From a bacterium (lineage in GTDB: Bacteria; Patescibacteriota; UBA1384; CAILIB01): a stretch of DNA of 64,000 nucleotides. The DNA lies in contig JBAXRQ010000001.1 in NCBI GenBank assembly GCA_037131105.1, positions 130,039-194,038 on the forward strand. Reading direction: 5' to 3'. The position numbers were made by a program, and so were the translations under genes. This document shows, in pieces, positions 22,435 through 30,487 of this stretch. The notes under the pieces were generated by a model that saw nothing but the letters and a program-made list of their open reading frames with translations, was not told the origin of the DNA and did not search any database. Each line of letters opens with the position of its first letter. The stretch's first letter is position 1.

Positions 22435-23974
22435 ACGTAGGGAGGGTTAGGGAGACGGGTTGGTCTTTGCTGTGGGAAATACTTCGACTGGGCAGAGTCT
22501 CGATGATGAGTCTTCCTAGAATACATACATTCAAGAAGGTCCAGGTGACTGAAATAAACAAGGCTACTGATGGCGTATTAATGAGGAGTGCCAATGAGGC
22601 CGCCGTGACCATTACGACTGCGCAGCACACTTGGTTTAACACGGTGTGGAAACCAGCCCGCTTACTTCCGCCTGCCTTATTGGTAACCTGCCAGGAGTGC
22701 TGCTTGTTCAACAGTACATTCCACATAGCTTTGATATAGATGGGGAAGGTAGCCATTGAAAGTGCAATAACCTGCCAACGTACCCGTCCTTTGACGTGAT
22801 AAATGAGAATGAACTGCGCCAAGAAATACGGAAGAAAATGGATGAGCCAAGATGAGGACTGGGCATGAATGGGGATGATGTCGAAGAACAGGTATAGAAC
22901 AGGTAGTAGGATAAGAATGGCGACCGCCAGACCAGTGAAGTAATAGGTGGTAGTAAGGAGGTACTGGATTTTCTGGTCAGTGGTTAGTTTGCCCTTCATG
23001 AGTAGTGGGTTGGCTCGGAAGAATATCTCGAAACCACCAGCGGCCCAACGAAGCTGTTGTTTCAGGTAAGCTTCAGCGGTTTCGGGGGCCTTGCCGATAG
23101 CTAGTACCTTGGGTAAGAATACCGATTGCCATCCCTTCTGATGGAGGAGATAAGAGGTCCAGATATCTTCAGAATTTGATCGATAGACACCGCCTACGCT
23201 ACCTAGAGCCTTACGAGAAAAAACGGCGTTGGTACCTACCCAGAAGACTGAGTTAAATCGGTTCTTACCGGGACAGATTAGGGAATAAAAGAGATCCTGG
23301 GTCTCGGCAGAGCCAGTGGCGATGTAGCCGTTCAGGTTTTCATAATGCTGGGGGGTTTGGACGAAGGCAAGGTTCTTGTTCCAGAAGAACGGCATTGTTT
23401 CCTCTAGGAATGTGGGAGAGGGTACGTGATCGGCGTCAAAGATGGCGACATACTCCCCGTCCGTGTAGGTAAGAGCATAGTTTAAGTTCCCTGCCTTAGC
23501 ATGTTCATGACTGGGGCGGCTGATGTAATAGACACCAAGCTCTTGAGCAAGGGACTCGATAGCGGGTGAATGTCCGTCATCCAGGATGTAGGTAAGGTGA
23601 AGAATGGACATGTCTCGGGCAGCTGTAACCGTTTTTCGCACTACGTCGATGGCCTCGCCGTAGACAGTTACGAAGACGTCAATGGTGGGTATCTGTGAGG
23701 CGTGAGCGGGGAGACTAAGTAAACGCTCACGTTCAGCTTCATACCTGTGCTGATCTGGATGATGATTGATTCCGGCAAGAATGGTCCACCAGGAGCCGAT
23801 GAGCTGGAACATGCTGATAGTTTCGGCCAGCAGGAGGAGTAGGTAGGGTATGAGGTCACCACCATTGGCTGGATTTAAGAGGAAGCCGGCATAGAACATG
23901 GCAGCCAAAATAGCCACTCCGATAATGGAAAGAGTGCTCACTTGGATGTGATGATGGTCGGCTGCAGTTCCCAT
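22418..23974 (-). CDS. Processive GT2 glucan synthase (BcsA/CrdS-like, no PilZ domain)
   Basis: LDDG, HAKAGNLN, FDADH, VQTPQ, SED, QQLRWA; flanking TM helices. Confidence 0.9.
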   Translation of the reverse strand: MGTAADHHHIQVSTLSIIGVAILAAMFYAGFLLNPANGGDLIPYLLLLLAETISMFQLIGSWWTILAGINHHPDQHRYEAERERLLSLPAHASQIPTIDVFVTVYGEAIDVVRKTVTAARDMSILHLTYILDDGHSPAIESLAQELGVYYISRPSHEHAKAGNLNYALTYTDGEYVAIFDADHVPSPTFLEETMPFFWNKNLAFVQTPQHYENLNGYIATGSAETQDLFYSLICPGKNRFNSVFWVGTNAVFSRKALGSVGGVYRSNSEDIWTSYLLHQKGWQSVFLPKVLAIGKAPETAEAYLKQQLRWAAGGFEIFFRANPLLMKGKLTTDQKIQYLLTTTYYFTGLAVAILILLPVLYLFFDIIPIHAQSSSWLIHFLPYFLAQFILIYHVKGRVRWQVIALSMATFPIYIKAMWNVLLNKQHSWQVTNKAGGSKRAGFHTVLNQVCCAVVMVTAASLALLINTPSVALFISVTWTFLNVCILGRLIIETLPSRSISHSKDQPVSLTLPTYETTV

Positions 23975-24035
23975 GTGGATGCTAGCTATTCAGAGGTATA
24001 GCGCGACCTCATGGCGAGGTCGAAATGCTAGAGAC

Positions 24036-24064
24036 ATCCTAGCAGGGAATAAGTGATTTGTCAA
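24036..24064 (-). promoter_or_regulatory. Sigma70 promoter for the GT2-HlyD-GH81 operon
   Basis: TTGACA-17nt-TAGGAT on the minus strand. Confidence 0.6.
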
Positions 24065-24160
24065 TCTGGTAGACTCTTATTTTGAATTGTTGCACGGATA
24101 AGAAGTGGCTACTGGTAGTGGAGTACGTACAAAGCCTGGTGGGTATGGCACGAATGGCGG

Positions 24161-24300
24161 GGTAGAGGCCAGAGGGAGTCGTTTACTCTCTAACGCGAAC
24201 TTTTCCGACCTGCCCCCGGCAGGTCATAGCGGGACTCTCCTCCCTCGCCCCATATACAGAGAAAAGAGCTCCAGCAAGCTGAAACTCTTTTCTCTGGTAG
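24161..24300. repeat. Copy A of a ~140-bp tRNA-downstream unit
   Basis: 24248-24300 is identical to 25130-25182; the upstream part is similar to 25045-25129. Confidence 0.9.
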
Positions 24301-24500
24301 GCCATCCGGGACGAAGTTCGCACCCTGGCGGCCAGGTTGGAGCATGACTTTCCAAAGTGGGAGACTATCGTCGCCAAGGTAGGCGGCGGCCAGGTCCAGT
24401 TGAACTTGTTCTAGCATTCTAAATGCTCCAAAGTGGTGCGCTTTGTGAAGCCCACTGCCAGTCGTACGGACCTGGCGATGGGTTCGGAAAGGGCTCCACG

Positions 24501-24902
24501 CTAACCGGTCTCAACGGTGCAGAAGTTCCGCTCGGAGTACTCGCCTAGGAGCCTGTGCCAGTACGGGTCGTCCACCGTGATTGCCATGAGTCCATCGACT
24601 GCGTTCAGCTCGATGTCCTTATAGGGCAGGCCGCAGAGCGCCGCCATCTTGCAGAGCATGTCGAAGGGGTCGCTCTTGTCGCCGAACCGGCCCTTTATGG
24701 CTGTCATGCCGCTGCAGATCCGCCCAAGGTTTGTTAGCGCCTCCGGACTCCACTTGAATGGATCGGGCGTCGGTACGAAGACGGCGCAGACGACGCCGAG
24801 CTCGTCCGTCTCAAGTCTCACGGTTACGTGCTCCTCGAGCCTCCGGTGAGGATCTGGCCTGCCGTCGGGACTGAAGACGATTGCTGTCGCATTTGTATTC
24901 AT
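24501..24902 (-). CDS. Hypothetical protein
   Basis: AGGAGG Shine-Dalgarno before ATG; 133-aa ORF with no recognised motif. Confidence 0.6.
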   Translation of the reverse strand: MNTNATAIVFSPDGRPDPHRRLEEHVTVRLETDELGVVCAVFVPTPDPFKWSPEALTNLGRICSGMTAIKGRFGDKSDPFDMLCKMAALCGLPYKDIELNAVDGLMAITVDDPYWHRLLGEYSERNFCTVETG

Positions 24903-25043
24903 TACAATGCCTCCTGCAGCCGTTATACCAGGAGAAGGGGAATAGTCAATCCGGCTATGGCACTAGCTCAATGTCCGGGCACACAAAAACAGACCTTTCG
25001 GCCTGTCTTCTCACTGCAAGCAGTGTTGCGTCAGTGCAATTTA

Positions 25044-25182
25044 TGGTAGCGCCAGCGGGAGTCGTTTACTCGCTATCGCGAACATTCCGACCTGCCGCAG
25101 GCAGGTCAAAGAGGGACTCGACTCCCTCACCCCATATACAGAGAAAAGAGCTCCAGCAAGCTGAAACTCTTTTCTCTGGTAG
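25044..25182. repeat. Copy B of the unit, starting with a 21-bp duplicate of the tRNA-Glu 3' end
   Basis: TGGTAGCGCCAGCGGGAGTCG at both 25044-25064 and 25177-25197. Confidence 0.9.
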
Positions 25183-25253
25183 CGCCAGCGGGAGTCGAAC
25201 CCGCGATCTCTTGGATGAGAACCAAGTGTCCTGGACCACTAGACGATGGCGCC
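25177..25253 (-). tRNA. tRNA-Glu (CTC)
   Basis: GGCGCCA...CTTGG-TTCTCAT-CCAAG...GCGGG-TTCGACT-CCCGC-TGGCGCT-A-CCA cloverleaf. Confidence 0.97.
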
Positions 25254-25401
25254 CTGAGTGAGCAGCTGGCTGCAACCGAAGGTTGGAAGCCTGGTGCGAA
25301 CGAGGTAGCCAATACCGCGAAGCGGTATGGCGCCGCATTCGCGGAGCTCACAGTTCCTAACGACAATACCAGATTACTGGAACATTGTCGATAGCCAACG
25401 G

Positions 25402-26268
25402 CTACTCCCAATCCTTTAAACTCTCCTGATACGCGTCTATAGCCAACCTGCCCGCTCCATAGATCCCGGCCTCCTCACCTAGCTTCGCGGCTATAACCTT
25501 GCAGGGGGCCGGATCCTGTAAGTAGTGATCCAGGTCACGGCTGCCGACGCCTCCCACGATGATGGTATCGCAGTGGTATTCGCCGTAGATTGCCTGTATG
25601 CACTGGATGAAGAAATAAGAGATTGCGTGCCAGACCTCCTTTGAGTCCTGATCGCCGGTTCTGACTGCTTCTGATTCGTGAGCTAGTTCAATCTGTAGGC
25701 GTTCCTGAAGATTGCGGCCACCAATGAAGGATTCGACGCTACCGCGACCTGACTTACTCGGAAACACGTCAGAGGGGTCAACGCTGATGCGTCCGACTTC
25801 CTGGCCAATGTCCTGGGGATGGGGTCGTACAATTCCCCTGCGCATAACGGCGCCTCCGATTCCGGTACCGATAGTGATCATGACAGCGCTGGATAGCTCC
25901 TGAGCCGCTCCCAGCCACACCTCGCCAATGAGGGCGCAGCGGGCATCATTGTCCATGGCAAAGACGGTATCAGGGAAGCGCTCCGCCAGACGGTCTACTA
26001 GGGGGAAATTACTGAGGGAGGGGATGTTGGTGCACAATGCAGTGGAATGCCGGTCGGAGCTCAAGGTACCAGCAATACCTATGCCTACGGCTGTGGCTGG
26101 GTGTGCCTCGATGGTCTCCACTAGTGCCTGCATGAACGCCTCTGCGTCTGCCGGGGTGTGGTAACGACCAGAGGTAAGTAGCTTGCCCTCTTCGGAGACG
26201 AGGCCCCAAGCGACTTTGCTGCCGCCAATGTCGAAGCCGAGATAACTCTTGTCGGTATTAGTGTTCAT
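25402..26268 (-). CDS. ROK family sugar kinase
   Basis: GFDIGGSK, NDARCA..GE...GAA, TIGTGIGG. Confidence 0.9.
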   Translation of the reverse strand: MNTNTDKSYLGFDIGGSKVAWGLVSEEGKLLTSGRYHTPADAEAFMQALVETIEAHPATAVGIGIAGTLSSDRHSTALCTNIPSLSNFPLVDRLAERFPDTVFAMDNDARCALIGEVWLGAAQELSSAVMITIGTGIGGAVMRRGIVRPHPQDIGQEVGRISVDPSDVFPSKSGRGSVESFIGGRNLQERLQIELAHESEAVRTGDQDSKEVWHAISYFFIQCIQAIYGEYHCDTIIVGGVGSRDLDHYLQDPAPCKVIAAKLGEEAGIYGAGRLAIDAYQESLKDWE

Positions 26269-27637
26269 TGCGTAGTTGAGCCCCCTCCGCTGTTAGGAAT
26301 TGCATTAGTTCGTCTTGGGCCTCCTTCAGCTTCTCCTGTGAACGTGCCTCTAGGTTCATGCGCATAAGTGGCTCACCGTTTGAGAGGCGCAGATTCAGTC
26401 TCCAGTCAGGATACTCTGCGCTGATGCCGTCGGCCAGGTCCTGCTTGGCGTCTGAGTATTTGGTAGTGGCCTTCTTGATGATCTCCTTGCCCATGTCGGT
26501 GGTGAAGTTCAGTTCGCCGCTGATAGGGTAATGCTCGAGGTAATAGTCGAGCAGATCGGAGACCGTGCCGCCTCCCTTGATGTGCTTGCCGAAGATTTTT
26601 AAGGCAGTCAGGAAGGTGAGCATACCGTTGTCACAGTACCAGAAGTCCTTGAAATAGAAATGACCGCTGGTCTCGGCGCCAAAAACGGCGTCAAACTCGC
26701 GCATGGTGCGCTTGAAGAAACCGTGTCCGGTCAGGCTGTATTCGGTCTTTCCACCGGCCTCTTTGGCGGCGTCAATGTTGGCCCAGGCCAGACGTCGCTC
26801 CACCACTGCGGTGGCACCGGGGTTCTCCTCTAAGAAGTGCTTTACCAGGAAGGCGGAGATGTAGTACCCATGAAACCAGCGACCTTTTTCGTCGTAGAGG
26901 AAGCAGCGATCAGCATCGGCGTCCCAGGCGACACCAAAGTCGGCACCCTCGTCTATGATCTGCTGGCAGAGTTCGGCCCGGTTCTTGGCCTGCATGGGGT
27001 CAGGTGGGCCTTTGGGGAAGGTACCGTCCTCGTTCCAGTTCAGACGGCTGACCGTCAATTCGGTGAGCGGGGCGACGGCGGCATCGACTACCTTGCCATT
27101 GGCGCCGAAGTTGACGTTGGCAACTATGGAGAGCATGGGTAGGTCGGCAGGTAGGAACTTGTGAAGGTACTCAGAATAGGCAGGTAGCAGGTCGACGGTC
27201 TCCAGCTTTCCCTTCTCAAACTGCTCAATGCTGCGGCTGGACTGGATGAAGTCGTAGATCTCGCCAAGCTTCTCATCACGGGTAAGGGGGATGCCGTTCT
27301 TAGAGACGCACTTGAAGCCGTTCCATTCGGCAGGGTTGTGGGAGGCTGTGATGCTGAGGCCTCCGTCGCAGTCCAAGGTGGCTGAGGCGAAGTAGAGCAT
27401 TTCCGTGGAGATGACCCCGATGTCGATGGCGGTAGCACCGGCGTCGCGGATGCCTTCGATGGCGGCTGCCTGTAGGCTTGGGCCGGTAGACCTGACGTCA
27501 CGGCCTACTAATACTCGCTTGGCACCCATGACCTGGACGAAGGCCTGGCCGGCGGCGTAGGCCACCTTCTCGTTCATCTGGCCGGGGTAAATGCCGCGGA
27601 CGTCGTAAGCTCGGAAGATGGAGGGATCGTAGATCAT
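26258..27637 (-). CDS. Phosphomannomutase/phosphoglucomutase
   Basis: FRAYDVRG, TASHNP, DADADR, E.SGHFYF. Confidence 0.93.
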   Translation of the reverse strand: MIYDPSIFRAYDVRGIYPGQMNEKVAYAAGQAFVQVMGAKRVLVGRDVRSTGPSLQAAAIEGIRDAGATAIDIGVISTEMLYFASATLDCDGGLSITASHNPAEWNGFKCVSKNGIPLTRDEKLGEIYDFIQSSRSIEQFEKGKLETVDLLPAYSEYLHKFLPADLPMLSIVANVNFGANGKVVDAAVAPLTELTVSRLNWNEDGTFPKGPPDPMQAKNRAELCQQIIDEGADFGVAWDADADRCFLYDEKGRWFHGYYISAFLVKHFLEENPGATAVVERRLAWANIDAAKEAGGKTEYSLTGHGFFKRTMREFDAVFGAETSGHFYFKDFWYCDNGMLTFLTALKIFGKHIKGGGTVSDLLDYYLEHYPISGELNFTTDMGKEIIKKATTKYSDAKQDLADGISAEYPDWRLNLRLSNGEPLMRMNLEARSQEKLKEAQDELMQFLTAEGAQLRNEH

Positions 27638-27646
27638 GGGGCGATA

Positions 27647-28285
27647 TTACGTAGTAAACGGGTACGCTCTTACTTTAGCCTCTTTTAATAGGACTGGAAA
27701 GACAGAATCCTCCAGACTCACGATGCCGGCAGGGATGGAGGCAAGAAGGGAGGGATCGGCGATCCAGAGTCCAGCCGAGGCGTAGCCGTCTTGGCGGGGG
27801 CAGAGCAGGGAAGTGAGAGGGGCCTGGTGTTGTCGGTGGAATACGTAAGGGGTAAGCAGGCCGGTAGGGAGCGGGGTACGTGAGGCATCGGCCCGAGCGA
27901 TGAGAAACGGGGCATCTAGCTCGGCATGTTTGAGTAGTAAGGCTCCCCCGCTGCCAAAGTCAGAGGGGACGGCGGAGACGGTGGCCTCAGGTACTAGCTG
28001 ACCGATGGAGATAGCAAGCTCAGTGGGCTGGCCAATGAAGCTGACCAGGTATATTGTCTTTATCCCGGCGGCAGCCATCAGACGGACTAAGGCTTCGGGA
28101 CGGGAGGGCTCATAGTCGGGGTAGAGGAAGAGAAAAGCTTGGTCGAGCCTGTGCAGGCCGATACCTTCCTTCAGGAGGTGTTCGATGGTTTGTGACCGGT
28201 TACGCAGGGACTCGCCGTCCACCAGGGCGTCTACAGCCTGGAGCAGCTCGGCATCAAGGGTGATGGTGAGGCGTTCGCGGTACAT
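27647..28285 (-). CDS. Ribbon-helix-helix (CopG-like) DNA-binding domain fused to a degenerate nucleotidyltransferase-like domain
   Basis: RERLTITLD..LL..VD.LVDG...RNRSQTIE; remnants GSGGAL, SAGLWI, SLE..VFP.L. Confidence 0.65.
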   Translation of the reverse strand: MYRERLTITLDAELLQAVDALVDGESLRNRSQTIEHLLKEGIGLHRLDQAFLFLYPDYEPSRPEALVRLMAAAGIKTIYLVSFIGQPTELAISIGQLVPEATVSAVPSDFGSGGALLLKHAELDAPFLIARADASRTPLPTGLLTPYVFHRQHQAPLTSLLCPRQDGYASAGLWIADPSLLASIPAGIVSLEDSVFPVLLKEAKVRAYPFTT

Positions 28286-28301
28286 ATGACAGTATCATAC
28301 T

Positions 28302-28331
28302 AAAAATCCCCCGCCGAGGCGAGGGATTTTT
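28302..28331 (-). terminator. Terminator after rpsT
   Basis: AAAAATCCC-CCGCCGAGGCGA-GGGATTTTT hairpin with T tract. Confidence 0.7.
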
Positions 28332-28464
28332 ATTTCTTTGAGAAGGGAGATGTTCAGACGGATTTCAAGGAAGAATCGAGTACCTGATCGAGGCGTACTA
28401 GCTGGTACGGTGAGTGAGGGACGGAGATTCTGACACAGAAATACGACGAACAGCTACCTTCTGG

Positions 28465-28818
28465 CTATTTCTTGGTAGCGGCCTTCTTCTTGGCAGCAGC
28501 CTTGGTCTTGCTGACAGCAGTCTTGGCCTTGGCAGCCTTCTTGACTACAGGAGCGGCGGTGCCGATGCCGGCCAGCTTCTTGGCCAGGCGGGACTTCAGG
28601 CGGGAAGCCTTGTTCTTGTGGATGGTGTTGTTCTTGGCAGCGCGGTCAAGGGCGCTCTGAGCTTGGGTGAACAGGTTAGCAGCGGTGTCACTGCCGGTAT
28701 CTACGGCCTTGCGGACAGCCTTGGCGGCCTTCTTAAAAGCCTCGCGCTGGACGATGTTTTCCTCGTGGCGACGGGTGGCGGTGCGGAGGGCCTTCTTGGC
28801 TGACTTGGTGACTGGCAT
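28465..28818 (-). CDS. rpsT: 30S ribosomal protein S20 with Lys/Ala-rich tail
   Basis: MPVTKSAKKALR, LDRAAK...IHKNKASRLKSRL. Confidence 0.95.
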   Translation of the reverse strand: MPVTKSAKKALRTATRRHEENIVQREAFKKAAKAVRKAVDTGSDTAANLFTQAQSALDRAAKNNTIHKNKASRLKSRLAKKLAGIGTAAPVVKKAAKAKTAVSKTKAAAKKKAATKK

Positions 28819-28920
28819 GGACGATGCTTATTAGGGTGTGGAAGAAAATAAATGTAACAGAACAAAAATACCAGAAAAGCCAACCTTGTGCAAGCAGGCG
28901 TCTGGCCGTATCATGGTTAT

Positions 28921-29772
28921 ATGCATACGTTCCGCTATAATCCCGTTTTTCGCCAATGGGTACTGCTCGGCTCTCCCGTGGCCACGCCCTTGGAAGTGAC
29001 CGACGCCCAGCTCTTAAACATCGGACGCGGCACCGACCTGGTGGCGGCCAGCTATCCCCGCCAGCCTTTTATATTGGACCCCGGGAGCAAGCGGCCGGAA
29101 AGCGACCAGCGCCTATACTCTGACGAACCGGCGGTGGGGGATTACGAGCTTTTTCTCTATGGCGGCAAGAAGCATTTCTTCGAGTGGCAGGCCAAGCAAT
29201 GGGAGGAATGGCTGGTCCTGGCCCAGCATCGGATCATCCAGCTGCACCACAACCCCCATCTGCACTACGTTTCTCTGATCCTTGCCACCTCGGCTTTGGA
29301 TACCGTAAAGGGCTACCAGCGGGTAGGGGATCTGGTGTCGACCAGTCATCCCGTCGCCGGTGAAATCCCTCTGATGACCCATGAACTAGCCGATAAGCTG
29401 CTGGCCAAGGAGCGGTCGTATATAGTCCATGAAGGGAAGCATGGCTCTCTGCGGGTACCTTCGGCGCCGCTGGGCGAGCAGGAAGTCTGGTACGTGCCTA
29501 CCGAATACGAGCGGGGCATTGAGCAGATGGGTGCGGCCGGGCGTAAGGAGTGCGCTACCGTACTCGCCAAATTAGTATCTTCACTTCACACCGAGTTTCC
29601 CCGGGCACAGTATGTACTTACCGTGTATACCGCCATGGCCAGCCATAAGGAAGAAACCACCTGGTGGATACGGATTAGTCGCGAGAATGCCAGCGCTGCG
29701 GATGGGGCTATCGGGACAAGGGCGTTCCCGGAAGGATTCCTGCGGACGCTGGGGATGATCCTAGGTAGCTGA
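28921..29772 (+). CDS. Degenerate GalT (galactose-1-phosphate uridylyltransferase)-like protein
   Basis: N-terminal R.NP....WVL and P.AP....EVW..P motifs; catalytic HPH motif not visible; ORF could start at 28888. Confidence 0.5.
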   Translation: MHTFRYNPVFRQWVLLGSPVATPLEVTDAQLLNIGRGTDLVAASYPRQPFILDPGSKRPESDQRLYSDEPAVGDYELFLYGGKKHFFEWQAKQWEEWLVLAQHRIIQLHHNPHLHYVSLILATSALDTVKGYQRVGDLVSTSHPVAGEIPLMTHELADKLLAKERSYIVHEGKHGSLRVPSAPLGEQEVWYVPTEYERGIEQMGAAGRKECATVLAKLVSSLHTEFPRAQYVLTVYTAMASHKEETTWWIRISRENASAADGAIGTRAFPEGFLRTLGMILGS

Positions 29773-30099
29773 TTTTCGTACTACTATGGCGAATGCATCG
29801 AAGTAATGCTGCCAGGCTTCATCGGCCTTTTTTTCATATTGTCCGGCAAGCTTCCACCCTACTAGTGACTCGCGCATGCGCATTACTTCGCGAAGGCGAC
29901 CCTTGTTTTTCTGGCTTGCGGCTGTTAAATCGATGAGTTCAAGCGCACGTTCAAAGGCTCTGTCTGAATAGTCAGTATTGTTTTTATTGCGCCAGATGAT
30001 GGTGCGGCTGATCTCGCTGCCGATGTTTGCCATTTGGAAGGAGAGGGAGGCGTTCTGCCACTTCTCGATGTCAAGATTTTTATGATGTTTGAGGACCAT
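29761..30099 (-). CDS. Conserved hypothetical helical protein
   Basis: QMANIGSEISR...RALELIDLT...E..R.RE pattern recalled from CPR hypothetical proteins. Confidence 0.65.
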   Translation of the reverse strand: MVLKHHKNLDIEKWQNASLSFQMANIGSEISRTIIWRNKNNTDYSDRAFERALELIDLTAASQKNKGRLREVMRMRESLVGWKLAGQYEKKADEAWQHYFDAFAIVVRKSAT

Positions 30100-30105
30100 G
30101 ACTAT

Positions 30106-30486
30106 TTAGAGGAACACGACTTCGAGTCGAGTCCCATCCCCGTCAAAGAAAAAGACTGCATAATAGTTCTCAGAATAATGAGGGTAGGCCTGGGGCTTAA
30201 TGTCTATGTTCGCGCCGACTTCCATTAGCCAGTCGTAGAAGCGGTCCACGTCCTCTTTCTTGTCTACACGAAGAGCGAGATGGTTAAAGCCGGTCCCATT
30301 TGGCTGGGTGGAGATCTTTTCTTCGGCAGGTACTACCCAGAAGTCGAACTTTCCGTCGGTAAAGGCCAGCGACTGCTTGTCCTCGTGCTTCAGCTTCCAT
30401 CCGAGCTGCTCGAACATGGCCCGGTAAAACGTCTTGCCCTCGGTAATGTCAGATACGGCGTTGGTTACGTGGTAGGCGTGCGACAT
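30106..30486 (-). CDS. VOC/glyoxalase family protein
   Basis: H....VSD.....FY, GFNHLAL, YYAVFF.D.DG.RLE. Confidence 0.88.
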   Translation of the reverse strand: MSHAYHVTNAVSDITEGKTFYRAMFEQLGWKLKHEDKQSLAFTDGKFDFWVVPAEEKISTQPNGTGFNHLALRVDKKEDVDRFYDWLMEVGANIDIKPQAYPHYSENYYAVFFFDGDGTRLEVVFL

Positions 30487-30487
30487 G

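Noticed and set aside
24105-25411. Short ORFs overlapping the repeat units and tRNA-Glu (and 59209-59418 over tRNA-Ser)
   Set aside because: They are translations of tRNA and repeat DNA.
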